DNA of 64,000 bases from Squalus acanthias (lineage: Eukaryota): positions 248,001 to 312,000 of the forward strand of contig JASTWF010000351.1 in NCBI GenBank assembly GCA_030390025.1, given 5' to 3'. Positions 52,449 to 64,000 of this stretch are shown piece by piece. Position 1 is the stretch's first letter; each line of letters starts with the position of its first letter. The translations under genes were made by a program, and so were the position numbers. Under the pieces are notes generated by a model. It worked only from the letters and a program-made list of their open reading frames with translations, was not told the origin of the DNA and made no database searches.

Positions 52449-52881
52449 ACATAGAACATAGAACATAGAACAGTACAGCACAGTACAGGCCCTTCGGCCC
52501 TCGATGTTGTGCCGAGCATTGTCCGAGACCAAGATCAAGCTATCACACTCCCTATCACTCTGGTGTGCTCCATGTGCTTATCCAATAACCGCTTGAAAGT
52601 TCCTAAAGTGTCCGACTCCACTATCACAGCAGGCAGTCCATTCCACACCCCAACCACTCTCTGAGTAAAGAATCTACCTCGGACATCCCTTCTATATCTC
52701 CCCCCATGCACCTTATAGTTATGCCCCCTTGTAACAGCTGCCTCTACCCGAGGAAATAGTCTCTGAACATCCACTCTATCTATCCCCCTCATCATCTTAT
52801 AAACCTCTATTAAGTCGCCTCTCATCCTCCTCCGCTCTAAAGAGAAAAGCCCCAACTCCCTCAATCTTTCCTCATAAGACC
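52449..52881 (-). mobile_element. CR1-clade LINE 3' fragment of a different family, (TTCTATG)n tail
   Basis: LGLFSLERRRMRGDLIEVYK...TRGH...FFTQRVVGVWNGLP; ACATAGA repeats at 52449-52470. Confidence 0.93.
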
Positions 52882-52887
52882 TCCCCC

Positions 52888-55800
52888 CCAGTTGTCGTGA
52901 TACATGTTGGTACCAACGACGTAGCTAAAAACAGGGAAGAGGTCCTACAAGTAGAATTTAGGGAGTTAGGAGCCAAGCTAAAAAGTAGGACCTCGAAGGT
53001 AGTAATCTCTGGATTACTACCAGTGCCACGTGCTAGTAAGAGTACAGAGAACAGGATAGTTAGGCTAAATACGTGGCTTGAGCAGTGGTGTAAGAGGGAG
53101 GGTTTTAAATTTTTGAGGCATTGGAACCAGTTTTGTGGTAGGTGTGACCTATACAAAAGGGATGGTCTACACCTGTGCAAAGATGGAACTGATGTTCTCG
53201 GGGTAATTTTTGATAAAGCAGTTCGGGAGCATTTAAACTAGTATGGCAGGGGGCTAGAAACCTATGTAGTGAAATAGAGGAAAGTGAAAGGCAGACAGAA
53301 ATAAATGGTAAAAGGGTGAGGAACAAAAAACAAAGGGCCAAACTAATTCATAAAAAATGTGAGCATAAAAAAAGCCTGAGGGTTTTATACCTTAATGCGA
53401 GAAGCATCAGGAACAAGGTAGATGAATTAGCTGTGGAAATAGAGGTTAATAATTATGATCTAATTGGGATTACGGAAACATGGTTGCAGGGTGAGCAGGG
53501 CTGGGAGCTTAACATACAGGGGTATTCAGTATTTAGGAAGGATCGACAAAAAAGAAAGGGAGGAGGGGTAGCATTGCTGGTAAAAGAGGGGATAAATGCA
53601 ATTGAAAGGAAGGATATTAACTCAGTTAATACAAAATCTACATGGGTGGAGCTAAGAAATAGCGAGGGGCGAAAAACATTAATAGGAGTGGTATATAGGC
53701 CTCCAAATAGTAAAATAGAGGTTGGGGAGGGCATCACGAGGGAAATTAGAGAAGCGTGCAATAAGAGCACAGCTGTCATCATAGGTGACTTTAACTTACA
53801 TATAGATTGGACTAGCCTAATCAGTAAAAATAATGAGGAGGAGAAATTCCTTGAGTGTTTAAGGGATGGTTATCTGGATCAATATGTCGAGGAACCAACT
53901 CGGGAACAGGCTATATTGGACTGGGTACTGTGCAATGAGAAGGGACTAATTAGTAATCTTGTTGTACGGGGACCCTTGGGTCAGAGCGATCATAACATGA
54001 TCGATTTCTCACTCGAAATGGAGAGCGAAGAAATTGACTCAGAGACTAAGGTCCTGAATTTAAACAAGGGGAATTATGATGCCATTAGACGGGAACTGAG
54101 TAGGTCTGATTGGACAACGTTCCTGGGAGGACTGGAGGTAGATAAACAATGGCAAGCATTTAAAGATAGAATGACAAAATTGCAAAAATTGTTTATACCA
54201 ATCTGGCATAAAAGGAAATCTAAAAAGGTGACTCAACCGTGGATAACAGGGGAAATTAGAGACAGCATAAAATCCAAAGATAGGGCGTATAAAATAGCCA
54301 AAAAAAGCACCAGAGTGGAAGATTGGGAACGGTTTAAGATAGAGCAAAGGATGACAAAGGGCTTAATCAAGAGGGGCAAAATAGCTTACGAAAGCAAGCT
54401 GGCGGAAAATATAAAAACTAACTCCAAAAGCTTTTATAAGTATATCAAGAGGAAAAGACTGGTGAAAACCAAAGTTGGTCCATTGCAGTCAGATACGGGG
54501 GAATATATAACGGGAAATAAGGAAATGGCAGACCAACTAAATGCATACTTTGGGTCAGTCTTTACGAAGGAAGACACAAAAAACCTCCCTGGGATATCGG
54601 GAAAAATAGGGACATGGGCAAAGGAGGAACTGACGCAAATCAATATCTCTAAGGATATGGTGTTAAGGAAGCTAAAGGGATTGAAGGCGGACAAATCCCC
54701 AGGGCCTGATAACATGCATCCTAGGGTACTGAAGGAGGTGGCCCTAGAGATAGTGGATGCACTAAGTATGATTTTTCAGAATTCATTAGACTCGGGAACA
54801 GTGCCCATGGATTGGAGGGTAGCTAACGTTACCCCACTATTCAAAAAGGGGGGTAAGGAAAAAGCAGGTAATTACAGACCTGTAAGCCTTACATCAGTTG
54901 TGGGCAAAATGCTGGAGTCCATCATTAAGGATGAAATAGCGGAGCACTTAGCAAATGGGGACAGGATAGGACAGAGTCAACATGGATTTACAAAGGGTAA
55001 ATCGTGCTTGACTAATCTATTGGAATTTTTGAGGGAGTAACTGGTAAAATAGATGGGGGAGAGCCAGTAGATGTGGTGTACCTGGACTTCCAAAAGGCCT
55101 TCGACAAGGTCCCACATAAAAGATTAGCATGGAAAATTGAAGCTCATGGGATAAAGGGGAAAGTATTGACGTGGATAGAGAACTGGCTGTCAGATAGAAA
55201 ACAGAGAGTTGGAATAAACGGCTCATTTTCTGAATGGCAGGCAGTAACAAGTGGGGTACCGCAGGGATCTGTCCTGGGTCCCCAGCTGTTCACAATTTAC
55301 ATTAATGACCTGGATCAGGGAGTCGGATGCAGCATTTCCAAATTTGCAGACGACACTAAACTAGGAGGGGGGGTGGGCTCAGAGGAGGAGACCAGGAAGC
55401 TCCAGAGCGATTTGGACAGACTGGGTGATTGGGCGGATAAATGGCAGATGCACTATAATGTAGACAAGTGCGAAGTTATCCACCTTGGGTGCAGGAACGG
55501 GAGGGCAAATTATTATTTAAATGGCAATAAATTGGGAGAGGGGGAAGTACAGAGAGACCTGGGTGTTCTTGTACACCAGTCACTGAAGGCGAGCATGCAG
55601 GTGCAACAGGCGGTCAAGAAGGCAAACGGTATGCTGGCCTTCATAGCAAAAGGGTTGGAATACAGGAACAGGGATACCTTGCTGCAGCTGTACAGGGCAC
55701 TGGTGAGACCACACCTCGAGTACTGTGTACAGTTTTGGTCGCCTCATCTGAGGAAAGATGTTCTTGCCATGGAGGGGGTGCAGCGGCGATTCACCAGGCT

Positions 55801-56282
55801 GATACCAGGAATGGCGGGATTGACCTATGAGGAGAGACTATGTAGTTTAGGGATGTACACACTGGAGTTTAGAAGATTGAGAGGGGACCTCATAGAAGTG
55901 TATAAAATTCTGACAGGTCTAGACAGACTAGATGCAGAAGGAATGTTTCCCTTGGCGGGTGAGAACAGAACTAGAGGACATAATTTAAGGATAAGGGCTA
56001 AACCATTTAGGACAGAAATGAGGGGGAATTTCTTCACTCAGAGGGTGGTGAACCTGTGGAACTCATTGCCACAGAGGGCAGTGTACGCCAGCTCATTAAA
56101 TATATTTAAGAGGGAATTAGATATATTTCTACAGGCAAAAGGGGTTAAGGGTTACGGAGAGAAGGCGGGGACGGGATACTGAATTGGAGGATCAGCCATG
56201 ATCTCATTAAATGGCGGAGCAGGCTCGAAGGGCCGGATGGCCTACTCCTGCTCCTATCTTCTATGTATCTATGTATCTATGT
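52888..56282 (+). mobile_element. Young CR1 LINE truncated in ORF1; ORF2 53316-56182 with one frameshift at ~55026; near-identical to 27048-30899
   Basis: Translations are almost identical to the minus-strand copy; same (TATCTATG)n tail. Confidence 0.97.
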
Positions 56283-56347
56283 AGCTTTATTTGAAGTCAC
56301 CTGACGAAGGAGCAGCGCTCCGAAAGCTTGTGATTTCAAATAAAGCT
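56283..56347 (+). ncRNA. Minimal type-I hammerhead ribozyme motif with intact core
   Basis: Stem I - CTGACGA - A - GGAGC AGC GCTCC - GAAA - GCTT - stem I'. Confidence 0.88.
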
Positions 56348-56423
56348 GTTGGACTATAACCTGGTGTTGTGCGACTTCTCACATTTGTCCACCCTAGTCC
56401 AACACCGGCATGTCCACATCATG
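56283..56423 (+). mobile_element. Solo Penelope terminal fragment
   Basis: Matches PLE termini (TGTTGGACTATAACCTGGTGTTGTGCGACTTCTCA...CCACATCATG). Confidence 0.9.
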
Positions 56424-56894
56424 GCAGATATGGACAGGTGCTAGGAGAATATAAAAATAAAGTTATAATTAATGTGTTTGTTTACAATAAAGTAATGTGT
56501 CTGGAGAGGGGAAACCACGATACAAACAGTGTCATTGTCTGAACTCACTGCAGCACAGCGGCACTCAGATTCTCCACACCAGGTTTGTAGGACGGTTCTA
56601 TAGTAAGTTATCAGCATCCAGACACAACCCAAACCCAGCACTGGACCATGAATTGGACCACCTAATAGCACTGTACAGGGTTTAATCTCCCCTTCCAATG
56701 GGACTACCTGTAAAATTCTGAATGGCTTCCTGGAACATAACCACAGGTACCTGGGCTGTACAAACAATTGTTTTCAGTCTGTTGAAACCGAGTTGAGGAC
56801 CTGTGTAGTTAACAGATACAATCATTCAGCAGAAACCATTTTAAATTCGAGAAGTCGCACACACCAGGTTATAGTCCAACAGATTTATTTAAAA

Positions 56895-56934
56895 TTACAA
56901 GCTTTCGGAGCTATCCTGCCCCTTCTTCAGGTAA
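56895..56934 (-). ncRNA. Minimal hammerhead motif in the inverted PLE terminus
   Basis: Minus strand TTAC-CTGAAGA-A-GGGGC AGGATA GCTCC-GAAA-GCTT-GTAA. Confidence 0.82.
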
Positions 56935-59228
56935 AGTTACTGTGCGAGAATCTACAAGAATTCACAGAATATAAACACAGAGAAAATGCAGAGATTCAAT
57001 CTTTCCCTACATCAAAGACACACTAGGAGCACAGCCATGACAATGAGATGTGTCCCAGGGGGTCCAACGTGTCAAAACACCTGCTGGCTGCATATCCTCT
57101 CCATTTGGGCTTGTTTTTTGTGTTTGTTTCTTGTGTTTGTTTTTTTTGAAAACTGGAAAGACAGGCAACGATGTCAAGTCACGTTCTGTAGCGTGACATG
57201 AACCCGATATCTCGATTGAGGCCGTCCTCATGAGTGCAGAACTTGGCTATCAGTTTCTGCTCGATGATTTTGCATTGTCGTGTATCCCGAAGGCCGCCTT
57301 GGAGAACGCTAACCCACAGATCCGAGGCTGAATGCCCTTGACTGCTGAAGTGTACCCCGACTGGGAGGCAACCATCCTGCCTGGCGATTATTGCGCGGTG
57401 TCCGTTCATACGTTGTCTCAGTGTCTGCATGGTCTCGCCGATGTACCATGCTCTGGGGCATCCTTTACTGCAACGTATCAGGTAGACAACGTTGGCCGAG
57501 TCACATCAGTATGTACCATGTACCTGGTGGGTAGTGTCCTCACGTGTGATGACGGTATCTGTGTTCATGATCTGGCATGTCTTGCAGAGGTTTCCGTGGC
57601 AGGGTTGTGTGGTGTCGTGGTCACTGTTCTCCTGACAGCTGGGTAATTTGCCGCGAACGATGGTACTTTTGAGGTTAGGCGGCTGTTTACCAACAACAGC
57701 CAATCTCCAGTCACCATCCTACAACTCATCCGCTTCATCCTTGACCACAATGTCTTCACCTTCGACAACCAGTTTTTTACCCAAACACACAGAACAGCCA
57801 TGGGGACCAAATTCGCACCCCAATACGCCAACATCTTCATGCACAAGTTCGAGCAAGACTTCTTCACTGCACAGGACCTCCAACCAATGCTTACACCAGA
57901 TACATCGACGACATCTTCTTCCTTTGGACCCACGGCGAAGGATCACTGAAAGGACTACACGATAGCATCAACAGGTTCCATCCCACCATCAAACTCACCA
58001 TGGACTACTGCTCAGAATCGGTTTCATTCTTGGACACACGAATCTCCATCAAAGACGGATGCCTCAGCACTTCACTCTACCGCAAGCCCACGGACAACCT
58101 CATGATGCTCCACTTCTCCAGCTTCCACCCTAACCACGTTAAAGAAGCCATCCCCTATGGACAAGCCCTGCGAATATGCAGGATCTGCTCAGACGAGGAG
58201 GAACGCGATGGACACCGACGGACACTGAAAGACGCCCTCGTAAGAACGGGATATGACACTCGTCTCGTCGATCGACAGTTCTGACGGGCTACAGCGAAAA
58301 ACCGCATAGACCTCCTCAGAAGACGAACACGGGACATAACTAACAGAGTACCATACGTCGTCCAGTACTTCCCCAGAGCGGAGAAACTACGCCATGTTCT
58401 TCGCAGCCATCAACATGTCATCGATGATGATGAACACCTTGCTAAGGCCATCCCCACGCCTCACTACTTGCCTTCAAACAGCCGCCTAAACTCAAAAGTA
58501 CCTTCGTTCGCAGCAAATTACCAAGCTGTCAGGAGAACAGCGACCACGACACCACACAACCCTGCCACGGCAACCTCTGCAAGACATGCCAGATCATGAA
58601 CACAGATACCGTCATCACACGTGAGGACACTACCCACCACGTACATGGTACATACTCATGTGACTTGGCCAACGTTGTCTACCTGATACGTTGCAGTAAA
58701 GGATGCCCCAGAGCATGGTACATCGGCGAGACCATGCAGACACTGAGACAACGTATGAACGGACACCGCGCAATAATCGCCAGGCAGGATGGTTGCCTTC
58801 CAGTCGGGGAACACCTCAGCAGTCAAGGGCATTCAGCTTCGGATCTGCAGGTTAGCGTTCTCCAAGGCGGCCTTCGGGATACACGACAACGCAAAATCAT
58901 CGAGCAGAAACTGATAGCCATGTTCCGCTCTCATGAGGACGGCCTCAATCGGGATATCGGGTTCATGTCACTCTACAGAACGTGACTTGACATCGTTGCC
59001 TGTCTTTCCAGTTTAAAAAAAAACAAACACAAGAAGCAAACACAAAAAACAAACCCAAATGGAGAGGATATGCAGCCAGCAGGTGTTTTGACACGTTGGA
59101 CCCCCTGGGACACATCTCATTGTCTTGGCTGTGCTCTTAGTGTGTCTTTGATGTAGGGAAAGATTGAATCTCTGCATTTTCTCTGTGTTTATATTCTGTG
59201 AATTCTTGTAGATTCTCTCACAGTAACT

Positions 59229-59268
59229 TTACCTGAAGAAGGGGCAGGATAGCTCCGAAAGCTTGTAA
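59229..59268 (+). ncRNA. Minimal hammerhead motif upstream of the PLE ORF
   Basis: TTAC-CTGAAGA-A-GGGGC AGGATA GCTCC-GAAA-GCTT-GTAA. Confidence 0.85.
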
Positions 59269-59355
59269 TTTTAAATAAATCTGTTGGACTATAACCTGGT
59301 GTTGTGTGACTTCTCATTTTTGTCCACCCCAGTCCAACGCCGGCATCTCCACATC

Positions 59356-62034
59356 ATGACCACTATTGACACCGCAAACTGCCGTCTCAAAGTGGAGAGA
59401 ATCGCCAAGAAGATCGCGCATATTGACACAGACATCAAGTATCTGCAGAGATGCAAGAAAGCAGACAAGATTCCGAAAGGACTACAGATCACGAACCCAC
59501 TCAAGTCGACAGACAACACAGACTATGCTGAGAGACTTTGCCGTCATACCTCTCGCACACTCCTCAACCATCCCGTACACCAGCTCTACAGCAGACGTCG
59601 CAACCTCGAAACCAAGATAGAGTCCATGCTCTCAGCCTGTGCTCAGGGCACAGCAGACCAGCTACGAGACACCGCCAAACAGACGAGGCAACGGAACTTC
59701 GCTTCCTACATGCGCATCAAGAACAGGAAGCTTGAGAAACTCGGCATCACCACCAGCTGCAACCAAGCCTCCCCCGGTACCACGGTTGCAACCACAGGGA
59801 AGTCCATCACCAACCTGTCGGACCACACCCTTCAACCAGACGAAATCGAAGTTCTCGCGCTAGAGCTCAAGTTCTGCCCAACCACCAAAATGGACCCCAT
59901 CGGTTTCACGGCAACCACAGAGGAATTCATCAGGAGAATGAGGATCCAGGAATACTACCACAAATCCCAAGATGTCAGCAACAAACCCAATGAGACAATC
60001 AATGATCCGGAACAGCAGACAGAGGGAACCGCAGTGCTACAACCGAGGAAGAAAGAGTCAAATTGGACCCCTCCGGAGGGTCGCTGCCCTAAGCTTGACA
60101 TGTATGCTCAAGCCGTCAGGAAATGCATCAACGCCAGATTCATCAGCCGCACTCACAAGACAGTCCAGAATGTCACCCGAGCACAACGCAATGCCATCCA
60201 CGCTCTCAAGACCAACCGCAACATCGTCATCAAACCAGCGGACAAAGGAGGAGCCATCGTCATACAGAACAGAATGGACTATTGCAAAGAAGCATACCGA
60301 CAACTGGACAACCAGGAACACAACAGACAGCCACCCGCAGATCCGACCAAAGAACACACCCGCCAACTCAATAGAATGATCAAGACCTTCGATCCAGACC
60401 TTCAAAATATCCTATGCGCTCTCGTCCCACGTACTCCCTGCGTAGGAGACTTTTACTGCCTCCAAAAGATACACAAAGCAAACACACCCAGACGTCCTAT
60501 CGTATCAGGCAACGGAACCCTGTGTGAGAACCTCTCTGGGTACATCGAGGGCATTCTGAAACCCATCGTACAGGGAACCCCCAGCTTCTGTCGCGACACT
60601 ACAGACTTCTTGCAGAAACTCAGCACCCATGGACCAGTTGAACCAGGAACACTCCTCGCCACGATGGACGTATCGGCACTCTACACCAATATCCCCCACG
60701 ATGACGGCATCGCTGCGACAGCCTCAGTACTCAACACCAACAACAGCCAATCTCCAGACACCATCCTACAACTCATCCGCTTCATCCTTGACCACAATGT
60801 CTTCACCTTCGACAACCAGTTTTTTACCCAAACACACGGAACAGCCATGGGGACCAAATTCGCACCCCAATACGCCAACATCTTCATGCACAAGTTCGAG
60901 CAAGACTTCTTCGCTGCACAGGAACTCGAACCAACGCTGTACACCAGATACATCGACGACATCTTCTTCCTTTGGACCCACGGCGAAGGATCACTGAAAG
61001 GACTACACGATAGCATCAACAGGTTCCATCCCACCATCAAACTCACCATGGACTACTGCTCAGAATCGGTTTCATTCTTGGACACACTAATCTCCATCAA
61101 AGACGGACGCCTCAGCACTTCACTCTACCGCAAGCCCACGGACAACCTCACGATGCTCCACTTCTCCAGCTTCCACCCTAACCACGTTAAAGAAGCCATC
61201 CCCTATGGACAAACCCTGCGAATACACAGGATCTGCTCAGACGAGGAGGAACGCGATGGACACCTACGGACACTGAAAGACGCCCTCGTAAGAACGGGAT
61301 ATGACGCTCGACTCGTCGATCGACAGTTCCGACGGGCCACAGTGAAAAACCACATAGACCTCCTCAGAAGATGAACACGGGACACAACCAACAGAGTACC
61401 CTACATCGTCCAGTACTTTCCCGGAGCGGAGAAACTATGCCATGTTCTTCGCAGCCTTCAACATGTCATCGATGACGACGAACACCTCGCTAAGGCCATC
61501 CCCACGCCTCCACTACTTGCCTTCAAACAGCCGCCTAACCTCAAAAGTGCCATCGTTTGCAGCAAATTATCCAGCTGTCAGGAGAACAGCGACCACGACA
61601 CCACACAACCCTGCCACGGCAACCTCTGCAAGACATGCCAGATCATGAACACAGATACCGTCATCACACGTGAGGACACTACCCACCACGTACATGGTAC
61701 ATACTCATGTGACTCGGCCAACGTTGTCGACCTGATACGTTGCAGTAAAGGATGCCCCAGAGCATGGTACATCAGCGAGACCATGCAGACACTGAGACAA
61801 CGTATGAACGGACCCCACGCAACAATCGCCAGGCAGGATGGTTGCCTCCCAGTCGGGGAACACTTCAGCAGTCAAGGGCATTCAGCCTCGGATCTGCAGG
61901 TTAGCGTTCTCCAAGGTGGCCTTCGGGATACACGACAACGCAAAATCATCGAGCAGAAACTGATAGCAAAGTTCCGCACTCATGAGGACGGCCTCAATCG
62001 GGATATCGGGTTCATGTCACGCTACAGAACGTGA
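59356..62034 (+). pseudogene. Penelope RT + GIY-YIG ORF (892 codons) with one in-frame TGA at 61372-61374
   Basis: IKPADKGGAIV, TMDVSALYTNI, GTAMG, RYIDDIF, FLD. The frame continues past the TGA (CGA in the upstream copy) through CKTC into GIY-YIG. Confidence 0.95.
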
Positions 62035-62277
62035 CTTGACATCGTTGCCTGTCTTTCCAGTTTAAAAAAAAAATTAGACAAGAAACAAACACAAAAAACA
62101 AACCCAAATGGAGAGGATATGCAGCCAGCAGGTGTTTTGACACGTTGGACCCCCTGGGACACATCTCATTGTCTTGGCTGTGCTCTTAGTGTGTCTTTGA
62201 TGTAGGGAAAGATTGAATCTCTGCATTTTCTCTGTGTTTATATTCTGTGTATTCTTGTAGATTCTCTCACAGTAACT

Positions 62278-62317
62278 TTACCTGAAGAAGGGGCAGGACA
62301 GCTCCGAAAACTTGTAA
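62278..62317 (+). ncRNA. Hammerhead motif with mutated helix III palindrome
   Basis: CTGAAGA...GAAA-ACTT instead of GAAA-GCTT. Confidence 0.75.
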
Positions 62318-62671
62318 TTTTAAATAAATCTGTTGGACTATAACCTGGTGTTGTGCGACTTCTCATTTTTGTCCACCCCAGTCCAACACCGGCATCTCCG
62401 CATCATTTTAAATTCGACAGAGATACCTCAGCACCGTGTTTATGTTCAGCTTAAAACCATTGCCAAGTATTCTATTGGTCCAGCTTAAAACTCCAAACAA
62501 CCATTAAAAGAGGATGGACGAGCTCACCCGATTCTAGTGTGAACAGTGTGGTTGATAATTGAGTGTGAGAAAGACACTGCTTCTGTCACTCTGGTACTAT
62601 GTGCCAATGTGGGATTCACTGGGTAATGTCGGATAGATACTGTATCTTTCACTCTCTGGTACAGTGCATCA

Positions 62672-64000
62672 GTGTAGGATATATCTGCGAGGCTGGTCAC
62701 CCCGCAGCCTACGATTGCGCAGGCAGATAGGGAATGGGTGACCGTCGGATAGAAGAGGAGGACCAGGCAGGTAGGGCAGGAGCTCCCTAAGTGCATCTCG
62801 CTCGCTAACCGGTTTTCATGTAAATCGTGCTTGACAAAATCTGCTGGAATTTTTTGCGGATGTAACTGGTAAAATAGATAAGGGAGAATCAGAAGGCTTT
62901 CGATAAGGTCCCACATAAGAGATTAGCATGTAAAGTTAAGGCACATGGGATTGGGGGCAAGGTATTGACTAGGATAGAGAACTGGGTGGCAGACAGAAAG
63001 CAAAGTGTTGGAATAAACGGGTCTTTTTCCGAGTGGCAGGCAGTGACTAGTGGGGTACTGCAGGGATCGGTCATAGGACCCCAGCTATTCATAATATATA
63101 TTAATGATCTCGACGAGGGAATTGGATCTAATATTTCCAAGTTTGCAGACGACACAAAGCTGGGTGGAGTGTGTGCTGCGAGGAGGATGCTGAAAAACTC
63201 CAGGATGATTTGGATGGTTGGGTGATTGGGCAGAAGCATGGCAGATGCAATATAATGTGGATAAAAGCGAGTTATCCACTTTGGTGTCAAAAACAGGAAG
63301 GCTGATTATTATCTGAATGGCAATAGATTGGGAGAAGGGGAAGTGCAACGAGACCTGGGTGTCCTTGTGCACCAGTCGCTGAAGGTAAGCATGCAGGTGC
63401 AGCAGGCGGTTAAGAAGGCAAATGGTATGTTGGCCTTCGTAGCAAAAGGGTTCGAGTACAGGAACAAGGGTGTCTTGCTGCAGTTGTACAGGGCCTTGGT
63501 GAGACCGCATCTTGAGTATTGTGTGCAGTTTTGATCGCCTTATCTGAGGAAGGATGTTCATGCCATGGAAGGAATGCAGCGAAGATTCACCAGGCTGATA
63601 CCTGGGATGGCATGAATGATGTATGAGGAGTGATCGGGTCGATTGGGCTTAAACTCGCTGGAGTTTAGAAGAATGAGAGGGGATCTCATTGAAACTTATA
63701 AAATTCTAACAGGACTAGACAAACTAGATGCAGTAAGGATGTTCCCGATGGCCGGGGAGTCCAGAACCAGGGGTCGCAGTCTAAGGATAAGGGGTAAGCC
63801 ATTTAGGACTGAGATGAGGAGGAATTTCTTCACCCAGAGAGTGGTGAACCTGTGGAATTCTCTACCACAGAAGGCAGTAGAGGACAATTCATTAAATATA
63901 TTCAAGAAGGAGTTAGATATATTTCTTAAAGCTAAAGAGATCAAGCGACATGGAGAGAAGTCAGGGACAGGGTACTGAATTTGAATGATCAGCCATGATC
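62672..64000 (+). mobile_element. Decayed CR1: short ORF1 piece joined to the ORF2 RT half; continues past the window end
   Basis: LVTPQ...WVTV...ISLANRF at ~62690-62818 is followed directly by KSCLT at ~62822; several stops and frameshifts; 3' UTR begins at 63979. Confidence 0.88.

Larger units (their letters stand above)
56851..62403 (+). mobile_element. Composite Penelope-like element: inverted 3' segment (56851-57688), 5'-truncated direct copy (57689-~59355) and full-length unit (59356-62403)
   Basis: Three copies of the GIY-YIG, 3' UTR and terminal region. CATTTTAAATTCGA occurs at 56837-56850 and 62404-62417. Confidence 0.95.

Noticed and set aside
59356..62034. Telomerase, retron or group II intron RT
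   Set aside because: C-terminal GIY-YIG, terminal repeats and hammerheads identify a Penelope-like element.

Overview
Eukaryotic DNA, not prokaryotic. The repeat families suggest a cartilaginous fish such as a shark (inference). The window is a replication-dependent histone gene cluster in the order psi-H4(+), H4(-), H2B(-), H1(+, 1-bp frameshift), H4(+), H3(+), H2A(-), H2B(-), each with a 3' stem-loop. The genes lie in a degenerate 41-46 bp TG-rich satellite and a segment that has been triplicated. Transposons are dense: many CR1-clade LINEs (two near-identical copies in inverted orientation flank the core cluster), an L2 fragment, a two-gene Harbinger element, a complete pogo/Tigger element (perfect 24-bp TIRs, TA TSD), a hAT-like MITE and several Penelope-like elements (PLEs) with minimal hammerhead ribozyme motifs. 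There is also a tRNA-Gly(TCC) pseudogene. The most notable items are a 97-bp hammerhead-only PLE insert that duplicated the H3 TATA-like box, six hammerhead motifs, a composite inverted/tandem PLE, Ser1-to-Thr in both H4 genes, non-divergent H2A/H2B, and a head-to-head LINE-LINE-PLE composite. I found nothing I can support as a wholly new biological system. All comparisons were made by eye, so boundaries of degenerate features are approximate.
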